Source: Selaginella moellendorffii
Lineage: Eukaryota; Plantae; Lycopodiophyta
Assembly: GCF_000143415.4 (NCBI RefSeq)
Contig: NW_003314378.1
Coordinates: 7,847-71,846, forward strand
Length of the DNA stretch: 64,000 nt
Direction of reading: 5' to 3'
The notes under the pieces were generated by a model, which searched no databases, was not told where the DNA came from, and worked only from the letters and a program-made list of their open reading frames with translations. Of the stretch, positions 38,228-48,453 are shown in pieces. Made by a program: the position numbers and the translations under genes. The stretch's first letter is position 1; the number at the start of each line of letters is the position of its first letter.

Positions 38228-38980
38228 ATGGCCGACCAAGCCAGCAGGGAGGAGGCCCGAGGGGAGATCCCCAAGCTCTGGAAGAAATGGATCGAGCAAG
38301 GAGTTGAAGCAAATCAGGTGGTGGGCAACACGCTTGCGTTCTGGAAACTACTGGTACAGGAGAAAGTCAAGGCCACCTCTTGGTTGGTGGCAAATAACGG
38401 GCTGCCAGTAGGACAGCGGTTCCAGGAAGAAGCATGCCGACGGTGCAAGGAGTGTGGCGAGCTGGAGACAGCGCGACATGTCCTATGGGAATGCGACGTG
38501 GCGAGAGAAGTTTGGCGACAGATCTTCAAGGCGACGCAGGAACTCGGAGACATTCCAGAGTTTGAGGCTCGGAGTGGGGATATCCTCCACTGGTTTGAGG
38601 GAGCTAGAGGCCCAGCCATTGGTCCGGCTTGGAGGCGTATTCGCTGCTACGGACGGCACCGATGGAACATGCGAGTCCGGTGGGATGCGACAGGGGCTGA
38701 AGTTGGGATGTCCATCTGGGAGGCGTTGGGCCAAGAGTGCTGGTTCATTTGGAGGGCAACAGGACTGCAGGCACTTTGGGAGGCGCGGAACCACTGTCGC
38801 TTTGATGGGCAACAAGCGAGAATATCAGCAGTGGCAGTATCATGGTGGAGACTCACTCTTGCAGCGGTGCGTCTTCACTACACCATCCTGAAAGAGCGGG
38901 CGAAACCGAGGCAGCTCGAGGAGTGGAGATCTAGGTGGCTCCCATGCTTTGGCAAATTGGGAGGTGGCGAGATTCGCTAG
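38228..38980 (+). CDS. Chimeric ORF: gag start (MADQA) fused in frame to LINE ORF2 C-terminus, 250 aa
   Basis: Uninterrupted ORF; the ATG lies inside the left TSD. Expression unknown. Confidence 0.45.
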   Translation: MADQASREEARGEIPKLWKKWIEQGVEANQVVGNTLAFWKLLVQEKVKATSWLVANNGLPVGQRFQEEACRRCKECGELETARHVLWECDVAREVWRQIFKATQELGDIPEFEARSGDILHWFEGARGPAIGPAWRRIRCYGRHRWNMRVRWDATGAEVGMSIWEALGQECWFIWRATGLQALWEARNHCRFDGQQARISAVAVSWWRLTLAAVRLHYTILKERAKPRQLEEWRSRWLPCFGKLGGGEIR

Positions 38981-39193
38981 CAATGGCACCCCCCAGACTC
39001 TGTTCTAAGGTCAGCTCGTGGGGGAGACTTGGACATCGACATGATTCGCTCGAGACGACCACGTCCACTTCTACTCCAGGACTAGGTCTAGCTGCGGCAT
39101 ATGAGGATCACGTAGAGTAGCTCATTGAGAGGGCGGCACGCCCATTTTTTGTATTAGTCCCATTGGGATATGGGGAATGTACATACACGTTCA
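38242..39193 (+). mobile_element. 5'-truncated LINE 3' end (zf-RVT CCHC region) with 17-bp TSD
   Basis: CKECGELETARHVLWECDVAREVW, LWEARN. TSD GCGATGGCCGACCAAGC at 38225-38241 and 39194-39210. Confidence 0.88.
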
Positions 39194-39196
39194 GCG

Positions 39197-40705
39197 ATGG
39201 CCGACCAAGCTGAACACTGGAATCCTATTGTCGATAGTGGTGCCGACAATGGTGCTGACGAAGCTGCGGAGATTTGGACTATTCAAGATGTGGTTCATGA
39301 GCTGCGAGCCCTTAACCGAAATCAGCAAGAGATGCAAAACGAGATGCATGGCATGATGGATACCATGCGTGGGCGTGTTGAGGCACTTGAGGCTGGATGG
39401 GGTAGCGCTCCAAGTAAGCCTTCTTTGGTAGATCGACTCAAGATTCCAACCTTTTCTGGTGATGGTGGTGTGGACGAGTGTCTCGCTTGGCTAGCCAATG
39501 TGAAGAAGTTCTTGGCTGCTAGAGGAACTCCAGATGCAGAGGCTTTAGTGGCTATTCCGATGGTTTTGTGTGATGCGGGTCTTCGATGGTGGAATTGGCT
39601 TGAGGAATCCCGTGTTGCGGATAAGAAACCACCAGTGTCTACCATGGATGAGTTTGAGGCTGCTTTCCGTTTACGTTTTGCCCCTCATTATGATGTGGAG
39701 AATGCTCGTACAGAACTTCGCCATTTCCAGCAAGGGAAAATGACGCTCGGGGATTATATTGAGAAGCTTACTTGCTTGATTAGTTGTGTTCCAACGAAGG
39801 ATCCAGATCAGAACAAGTCCTACTTCATTGATGGCTTACATAGTGAGAGCATGCGGCAACACTTGCGTCATTCTCAGCCTACAAAGAGTTTGGAGGAGCT
39901 CTTTGATGCGGCTCGTCGACTTGACAATGACAAGCACAAGTCTCGCAAGCGTTCGTGGAGTCCTTCTGTCGAGAATCGTCGTGATGATCACCGTGGACAC
40001 AAGGATGGGAACAAGCATCACAAGTTTAAGTCGGTGGTGACTACTTCAGATGCAAAGGGGTCCAAGAAGCAGAAGTTCTTTGTGAAGAATTATAGACAGG
40101 GTTGTCATCATTGCGGCGAACTTGGACACTACAAGGCTGATTGTCCGCAGTTGAAGAACAAGCAGCAGGACAAGAAGAATGGCCAATCTTCTACTCACGG
40201 TAAGTCAGATACTAAAAAGTTGCAAGCTTTACAGCGTGAGGATGACGAGAATGACCATTCCGGTCGGAGGAAGAGACTTTCGATCGTTGCTCGTCAACTC
40301 AACTGTGTGTGGAACAAAATGGAGCTCGAGGATACGCGTGAATCAGCTTTAATGCTGGAGGGCGTGTTCCGTGGCGATCCAGTGCAGATTTTACTGGATA
40401 GTGGGAGCGATGACAACTTTGTTTCGGCTAAGTTTGTTGCGGAGCATCGCCTGAACACACGTGGAGTTCTTCCATACACAGTGGAAGGTGCAGCTACCTC
40501 TGCTCAGCATTTCAATGCTTGTGTCGAGGGGCTGGAAGTGTTGGTTGGCAAAACCACACTTGTGGAAACTTTTTATCTCGCGGATATTCATTGTGTGGAT
40601 CTCATTCTTGGGATGCCATGGTTGGTGAAGGTGGATCCAAAGATATTGTTCATGCTTTGCGGACGTGGCGGCACTATCTTTATGGTGCAGTGTTCGTGGT
40701 GTTGA
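39197..40705 (+). CDS. Open gag-protease ORF of gypsy B
   Basis: Retrotrans gag core, CCHC knuckle CHHCGELGHYKADC, protease LLDSGS; no stops up to the deletion junction. Confidence 0.75.
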   Translation: MADQAEHWNPIVDSGADNGADEAAEIWTIQDVVHELRALNRNQQEMQNEMHGMMDTMRGRVEALEAGWGSAPSKPSLVDRLKIPTFSGDGGVDECLAWLANVKKFLAARGTPDAEALVAIPMVLCDAGLRWWNWLEESRVADKKPPVSTMDEFEAAFRLRFAPHYDVENARTELRHFQQGKMTLGDYIEKLTCLISCVPTKDPDQNKSYFIDGLHSESMRQHLRHSQPTKSLEELFDAARRLDNDKHKSRKRSWSPSVENRRDDHRGHKDGNKHHKFKSVVTTSDAKGSKKQKFFVKNYRQGCHHCGELGHYKADCPQLKNKQQDKKNGQSSTHGKSDTKKLQALQREDDENDHSGRRKRLSIVARQLNCVWNKMELEDTRESALMLEGVFRGDPVQILLDSGSDDNFVSAKFVAEHRLNTRGVLPYTVEGAATSAQHFNACVEGLEVLVGKTTLVETFYLADIHCVDLILGMPWLVKVDPKILFMLCGRGGTIFMVQCSWC

Positions 40706-42212
40706 CAGATCACAAACCACTTGTGTATCTTTCACACAGAAGGAGTTGAACACTAGGCAAGCTCGTTGGATGGTCAAACTCATGGAGTTTGGGGAGTTTC
40801 CTATTGAGCATCGTCCGGGAAAATCAAATGTGGTGGCGGATGCTTTATCTCGTGTTCGTCATGTGACGACGTTACGAACACGATTTTGTCATCATTTGAG
40901 TAAGGTGGTCAGCGAGTTTGGGCAATTGGTTGAGCATGCTCAGGCTCAGGATGCTGAGGTGGCCTCTTTGCTAGACCAGATGGAAGCTCCTTTCTCATTG
41001 GTGGATGGGATTCTCTACTACAATGGCCGTGTATATTTGCCACGGGTGGATGCGTTAATTACTCAAGTTTTATTCCACTATCATGATCGTCCAGAGGCCG
41101 GTCATTTTGGGGGGAAGAAGACGTATGAGTTGATTAAGCGCAACTTTTATTGGAGGAATATGAAGGCTGATATCCTCAAGTATTGTAAATCATGTGAGCT
41201 TTGTCAGTGGGTTAAGGTGCCACGGGAGAAGCCGGGGGGACTTTTGCAACCTTTACCTATTCCTCAGAGCCGTTGGTGTAGTATCTCTATGGACTTCATC
41301 ACTTGTTTGCCACGAATACAGAGGCAAAAGGAGTAAGTATGGGTCATAGTAGATCGGTTGACGAAGTATGTGCAGTTGTTGACTCTTCGAAAGACTGTCA
41401 CTGCCTTAGACTTGGCTGCGGTTTACTTGGAGAAGGTTTTTCTTGATTTTGGTTTGCAAGAGGACATCATTAGTGATCAAGATTCAAAGTTCACCAGTGG
41501 ATTTTGGAAAAGCTTTGCAAAGGCTATGCAAGTGACTTTGAAACTCTCGAGTGGAGATCATCCTCAGACGGATGGGCAAACCAAGCGTGTGAATCAGGTG
41601 GTGGAGGATATGCTACATTGTAGCATTGGTCAAAAGCAAGGACAGTGGGATCTATATCTTCCGTTGGTGCAATTTGCTTACAACAATAGCCAACATAGTG
41701 GAACCAAGCTAAGTCCTTACTTTGCGATGTTTGGAAGGCATTCTTGAACAGCGGTGGAGTTGGGATTGCATTTGAGTAAGGACGTTCAAGATAAGCTTGA
41801 TTCCGAGGCAACTGATCTGGCCACAGAACTTGATGAGATTCTGGTGGTGTGCAAACGGAATTTGCAAGCAGCTCAGGACAGAGCGGAGAAGTTTGCCAAT
41901 GAGCATCGTCAATTCCGAGAATATAAGGTGGGTGATCTCGTCTTTGTGTGAGTGATCTTTCCGTCAAGTGAGCGGCGGAACACCTTGGTGCCTTTATGGA
42001 CAGGGAAGAGTGATAAACTCTCCCATCGATATGCTGGTCCATATGAAGTGCTGGAGCGCATTGGTAAAGCTGCTTATCGGGTGCGGCAGCTAGCTGGGGT
42101 GAAAATTCATCCAATATTTTATGTCAGCCAGTTGAAAGGTGTACTATCTCAAAGTGATGAGCCCAATGCCTCCTTGATGTATGCGGCTGTGGAAGATGGA
42201 CCAGGAGCTTGA
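40700..42212 (+). pseudogene. RNase H tail and integrase of gypsy B (disrupted)
   Basis: [42 protein letters not shown]; stops present. Confidence 0.9.
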
Positions 42213-43000
42213 GCAGGATTCCCCAGAAAGGGTGATCACCAGTACAACTCGTCCTTGGGACAAGGACTTTGTTGGGGGGGAAGAATTGTTAGGCGCCAGC
42301 GTTGACTACGTGGTCAACGTCGGTCAAAGGGAGGCTCAAGGGTATATTAAAGCATGTTAGGGTAAGGGACTTAACCTACCCTAGGGCTCACGGTGGAGCG
42401 GCGGCGTAGTGGAGCTTTTGAGGTAGCTCGGGGGTGGTTGGGTGGTGAGGAACCTCAAGAGGTGGCGTAACATAGTCTAGGGCAACTAGATATTTGTCTT
42501 TTTGCGCCGGATCATAACACAAAGAGAAAGACTTGCTCAAACCCTCAACAGTTGAAAAAAAATAAGAATTTGTGAGAGAATGAACCAAATCAAGCAAGAA
42601 AGAGCTCGTTGGAAAGCATAGGAGTAAATGTACCAAGCACAGGAAAGATCCACAGAAATGGTGGCTTCTAGAGAACATATAACACCACTAAACATAGTCT
42701 TGTCGGTGTGTGACTCAAATCTCCTTGCATGTCATGATTCTTATGCCAAGACTCCAGATTTATGATGCTAGAGGATAGAAAATTATGAGATCTACAAGCC
42801 CATGTACTCAATTTGACAAAAAAACAAGAAGCTAGAATATGAGGATGAGAGTTTTCAATTATGAGTCCCAAAACCCAAAGAAAGCTAAGAAAAACCAAGG
42901 AATTCATGAGAATGGCAGTGAATCTTGTGCTTAGAAGAACCAATCTGATTCCCAGGGCACCCCTAGACACAGATTCTACAACCAAGAGCAAGAATCATGC

Positions 43001-43277
43001 TTGAATTCCTCATCCAATCACATCTTGACCAATGTTGCACATTGTTTGGAGTTTGCAAAATCATTGGTAGGGAAAGCACAAACTTGGGTAAGAGCTTTGG
43101 CAGAGGATAAGTGTGAGGAATTTCCCATATTGCTCGCTTCTTTTTGTAAGGCTTTTGAGATTGAGAAGAGCCCACAACAGTTGCTTCACGAGCGTTTTCT
43201 CTTTCGACAAGGTGGCAACGAATCTGTGCTTGATTATACAACACAATTCAAGCAGTACCAGAAGATTTGTCAAGTGA
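43001..43277 (+). pseudogene. gag N-half of element E (continues at 52049)
   Basis: SLVGKAQTW...FLFRQGGNESVLDYTTQF. The frame rejoins as CQVKEVTKEEN when 43278-52048 is removed. Confidence 0.7.
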
Positions 43278-43302
43278 TGTTAGGGTGTGGCCATTGAGAG
43301 AA

Positions 43303-44438
43303 TGTTATGATCTGGCGCAAAAAGACAAAGATTTAGTCGCCCTAGACTATGCTACGCTACCTCTTGAGGTTCCTCACCACCCAACCACCCCCGAACTACC
43401 TCAAAAGCTCCACTGTGCCGCCGCTCCACTATGAGCCCTAGGGTAGGTTAAGTCCCCTACCCTAACATGCCTTAATATACCCTTGAGCCTCCCTTTGACC
43501 GATGTTGACCACGTAGTCAAAGCTGGCACCTAACAATTCTTCCCCCCTCAACAAAGTCCTTGTCCCAAGGAAGAGTTGTACCAGTGATCACCCTTTCTGG
43601 GGAACCTTGCTCAAGCTCCTGGTCCATCTTCCACAGTCGTATACATCAAGGAGGCATTGGGCTCGTCACTCCGAGATAGTACACCTTTCAACTGGCTGAC
43701 ATAAAATACCGGATGAATTTTCACCCCAGTTGGCAGCCGCACTCTATAAGCCGCTTTACCAATGCGCTCCAGCACTTCATATGGACCGGTCACCACGACC
43801 CACATCACGCAAAACCATCGGAATAGCCACTAAAGCCTCTGCATCTGGAGTTCCTCTAGCAGCCAAGAACTTCTTCACCATGGCTAGCCAAGCGAGACAC
43901 TCGTCCACACCACCATCACCGGAAAAAGTTGGAATCTTGAGTCGATCTACCAAAGAAGGCTTACTTGGAGTGCTACCTCGTCTAGCCTCGAGTGCCTCAA
44001 CATGCCCACGCATGGTATCCATCATGCCATGCATCTCGTTTTGCATCTCTTGCTGATTTTGATTAAGGGCTCGCAGCTCATGAACCACATCTTGAATAGT
44101 CCAAATCTCCACAGCTTCGTCAGCACCATCGTCAGCACCACCATCGACAATAGGATTCTAGCGTTCAGCTTGGTCGGCCATCGCAACCAACTCCTCTGAT
44201 ACCAATGTTATGATCCGGGGCAAAAAGACAGAGATCTAGTCGCCCTAGACTATGCTACGCCACCTCTTGAGGTTCCTCACCACCCAACCACCCCCGAGCT
44301 ACCTTAAAAGCTCCACTGCACTGCCGCTCCACTATGAGCCCTAGGGTAGGTTAAGTCCCCTACCCTAACATGCCTTAATATACCCTTGAGCCTCCCTTTG
44401 ACTGATGTTGACCACGTAGTCAAAGCTGGTGCCTAACA
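43303..44438 (-). mobile_element. Mini-derivative C of the gypsy A/B family (1136 bp)
   Basis: LTRs 43303-43535 and 44206-44438, PBS and PPT present, gag 5' end fused to integrase 3' end at ~43790, TSD GAGAA/GAGAG. Confidence 0.92.
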
Positions 44439-47323
44439 GAGAGTGAGAGAGAGAGAAAGAATATTCTGGTCCTCAAAATATTCCCCATCTTCGTTGTATA
44501 AAACCCTTGTCTCACAAGGGTAGGGGGGAGCATTTGCGAAGAGCATTGAAACATTTCTCATGTTTGAGTGAGTGTTGGGGGAGGTGCCCCCTCCTTCCCC
44601 CAACAAATGGTGAACCCGGCATGACGTGCAGCACTTTCTGAGCTGTCATTTCTCTCTTTTTCTTTTGGCCGTACAATTTGGGAACCAATTTCTCGTTCAT
44701 CTTGCAGTGGTTTTGTTGGATCTTAGGCTTGTTGGATAGGTCTGGAGCTCCTCTTTCCATCAAGGTATGGCGCTCATCAAGCCGTGTAGTATTTGAAGAG
44801 ATACAGCGTTTCTTGGCTCGGTCAGATGAACATTTTGGGGTTCTCACTTTCTCGCCTGGATCCTCGGCCCAATTTCTCAAGGTAGTGCATTGGGGCTTGT
44901 AGATCTGGCCTAGATTTACAAGTAGTGGTGACTCTTGGAGCTAGATTTGGGAAAATTGACGGCATGCAAAACAATTTTCTTCTCCGGCTAGACTGGGTCA
45001 TCTTTGCAGCAAGAATTCGTGCTTCTTCAGGCTTTGTTTTGGATGCCATTTGTTTCCATAGGTGCTCTTGGTTTTGAGCTTTCCAAAAATACCAATGGCA
45101 CCTTAGTATCAATCTACATCATTGGCATGCACATGTTTTTCCACAATATTGGCGTTTTGGGCTACCTCTTCTTGGATTTTGGGGAATATTGAGGTGGCTT
45201 CCTCCTAAATTCCTGCGATAGAGGGTAGACGGGGCTGAGCTCTTTCCAACGAGCCCACCAACAATGAAAATGGGGAAGGATCAAGACTAGAGGACTCATT
45301 TTTCTCTTTTGGGCTAAACTTTGTTAAGGGGTTCCTTGGGAACGAAGCAATCTTCAAGGAATAGGTTGGCATAGGAACAAGAATAGGAACAGGAGTTGGA
45401 GTAAGAGCAGGTGCAAGGATAGGAGCAGGCGTAGGAGTAGGAGTGAGAGTGGGGGTTATTGGTTACATGTTACAGGTCCCCGGTTACTAGTTTACTGGTC
45501 CCCAGTTACTCCAGCGGCTATTCCAGTGGCTACTCCAGCAGTTACCCTACGGGTCAATGGTTACGTGTGCTTGAGGCTTACATCTCCTTCCATTTCGACT
45601 TTTATTTCTTTTTGTCACAAGCATTTTGGGCAACTTTGAGCAACTTGAGCACTAGTCTATAGTCTTCTTGCTCTTGTCAACCCAGTTGCCTTGACCAGGC
45701 ATTTGCAGTGTTCAGGGTGTTTGATGTCGGTACAAATCAGGCGTGCGACAAATTGGCACCCTCTCACCATACCTCAAGGCCCTAAGGTACGGAGTAAACT
45801 TTCTAACATCTAAAGGCAGCTTAAGTATGACATAACACCTTTTTAGGCCGAGTCCTCTTCATCCTCGGCAGATTCTAGTGACTTAGATCTATAAGCTATG
45901 GTGCAGCCACCTTTAGCTCGACCTTAGCTCCATGTTTTGAAGAGGGGGAGTGATCTGCCAACCTTCTCAGGTGTTGGAATAGTCTCTCCAGCATTGCATA
46001 TCAGTCACTTTGATTACTACTGCACCACAAACATGATCATCGATAATGATCGTATGTGCTGTGACTTCTTACAGTCTCTTGAAGGCAAAGCAGCAACTTG
46101 GGCAGATTCTCTCCTCCCAAAGGACTAGACAGACTTCTAGACACTACTTGCTTCTTTTAGAGAACGCTTTGTTGAAGAAAAACCCACAAATCGGCTACTT
46201 GTCGACCTCTTTTTGTTCCGGTAGAGTGCTCATGAGTCTATTCCTGACTACATCACCCAGTTTCAAGCATACTGGAAGCAATGTTGGGATCACAGAGTGG
46301 TCCAAGATGAGCAATAGGGGACGATAGCATTCACAGCGGGTCTGCGAGGGAACTTGCAGCGGAAAGTTCTTAAGAAGACATTCAGGTCTTGCCGTGAGGC
46401 ATTTTCATTTGCCACAAAGCTGGAAAGAGAGCTGCTTGTTGACATAGGGATTGCTAGAGTTGATTTTGACCAAGCCATCACCCCGTCAGAATCACCTTGT
46501 GCAGCTGTTTGCCCGTCCACAACAAAGCCTGTTGCTATTGAGTGAACACCTTCGGCTATTGAGAACTTTGCCAATGAGATGCGGCAGCTGAAGGAGATCA
46601 TTCTTCAGCAATAATCACACCAGGACAAACTGCTCCAGGAGCTGGTGGAGTAGGAAAGAGGCCACTACAGCTTGGGAATGCAGATTTAAGTCCCATTTGT
46701 GCACTCACTGCGAGATGAACACACACAACACGCAGTGCTGCTTCAAGCTTCACCCAAAGCTTTGGCCTCCACCTTCTCAATGTGTCCAACAACATCCCTT
46801 TGCTAATAATTCCACATCGTCTCGGGGTCTAGACGCATATCAGGAGCAGTTGGAGCAACAAGCAGTTGAGGCAGCCCCTTCGTCAAGCAAAGGCAAGGCA
46901 CCCACTTCATCAGTCAACATGATTTTGGTAGCCAAGGAAATCTATAGGCAACAGCAGCAAACAGCAGCCACTCGAGCCCAAGCGAAGAAGAAGGCAGCCA
47001 CTCAGCCTGCCATAGATACCCCGCGTCAGTTGAGAGTGAATCTCTATTGACACCAGATCCAGTGACACCGAAGGTGGCTTGTAAACTCCCCTTTAAGTCC
47101 CTACTCTCTTCTCCTCCTGAGATCTCACCAACAGCTACTCCTGTTCTGGAGCCGGTTCTTCAACAGTTGGTTGACACTGCTGTCACCTTTTTGCTCCAAG
47201 ACATGTTGTGTCTTGTCCCGGGATTCGGCTAGCATTTAGAGGAGTTTGCACGGTCAGGAACACCAGAGGGCACTATCATGAGGACTCCTCAAGAGGTGCA
47301 CATTGTCGACATGACAAGATATG

Positions 47324-48453
47324 TGTAAGGAACCAACTCCCCGAAGTGTCATAGGCTAAAGAATCCCCGAAAGCATGACCAAAATGATAAAGAGTTCATC
47401 AAATGGGACCAAGTCTGAGATCGAGTCCAAGACTGAATCTAAGACCAAGTTCGAGACAGAGTCTGGGATCGACTCCGAGGTCGACTCTGAGACCAAGTTC
47501 GAGACTGAGTTCGACACTGAGTCTGATATCCAAGATCGGGTCCAAGACTGAGTCTGAGGTCGAGTCCGAGGTCGAGTCCGAGATTGGGTTCAAGGTCGAG
47601 TCCGAGACTGAGTTCAAGGTCAGGTCCGAGATCAAGTCCGAGATCGAGTCTAAAACCGAGTCCGAGTACTAACTAATATAGGTCAATGGGTGAAAGCCTA
47701 AAGCATGCATCTCCCAGGGGGGGGGGGGTTTCCAAAAGTATAGTAGGGATAATAAGGTCTAGGAACTAGTCTTGAAGGAACTCTCCAATGGTGCTTCCAA
47801 ACTAACTTGAGGTTGAGACTGGGGCTGAGGGGCCTTGGGTGGGAGTGAACATGGAGTTGGGTAATGCCAGAGGGGCCACCCGAGGAAGTGCTCAAGAGCA
47901 ACTCCCACTTCCGAAAGGGAAACCGACTGTGGTGCTCCCAACTCTTGTGGAGTGGTGCCCCACTTGAGTACCTTGCAACTCATTAGTCCTTGCCCTTCCT
48001 AGGGGCTTGGGTCTTTCCTTCGGGATGGAAGAGGGGGAGTAGGAGTACCCACACTGGGCCATTAGGCCATGATGTTTCCCCCTGGTGTCCCGAAGCAAGT
48101 GTTGCACCCAAGGCTTGGGATTTAGAGGGTCCCATGAACAAGTCTTGTTATACCAAGGGATGTTAGGAACTTGGAGGCATGGTGTGCTTGGCTGCTTGTG
48201 CCTGCAGGGAGTGTAGCTGAACCTTAAGTCCAGTCTAACTCGGGGAGAGGGATTGGGAGAGATTGGGAATCCAGTAATGGATGGCTAACACTCCGTTGCT
48301 CGTGCAATGAGTAGCTGAAACCAAGTAGGACTAAGTAGGAGTTGGTACAATAGGCGGGAACCTTGGTGAGGGAACTTAGTTAAGGCCAAGGCAGTGTCGG
48401 TTGGATAAACAAGGTAAGTTGGCAAATTGAAAAGGAAAAATTTGTAGCTTACA
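47324..48453. mobile_element. Solo LTR (1130 bp) inserted in element D
   Basis: Termini TGTAAG...CTTACA, perfect TSD ATATG at 47319-47323 and 48454-48458. Confidence 0.85.
47408..47669. repeat. Degenerate 6/12-bp minisatellite (GAGTCCGAGRTC/GAGACT-like)
   Basis: About 20 imperfect 12-bp units. Confidence 0.8.

Larger units (their letters stand above)
37973..42519 (+). mobile_element. Ty3/gypsy element B (same family as A); RT/RNase H deleted, carries a LINE fragment
   Basis: LTRs 37973-38203 and 42287-42519, PBS TGGTATCAGAG. Protease end KVDP is fused to RNase H end IVHAL at ~40640. Confidence 0.95.

Noticed and set aside
38242-39193. LINE 3' fragment as the missing end of the 10.1-14.7 kb LINE
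   Set aside because: It has its own TSD (independent insertion) and no overlap with the first LINE, so a family link cannot be shown.
47399-47672. SESE/SDST-repeat ORFs
   Set aside because: By-products of a 6/12-bp minisatellite inside a solo LTR.
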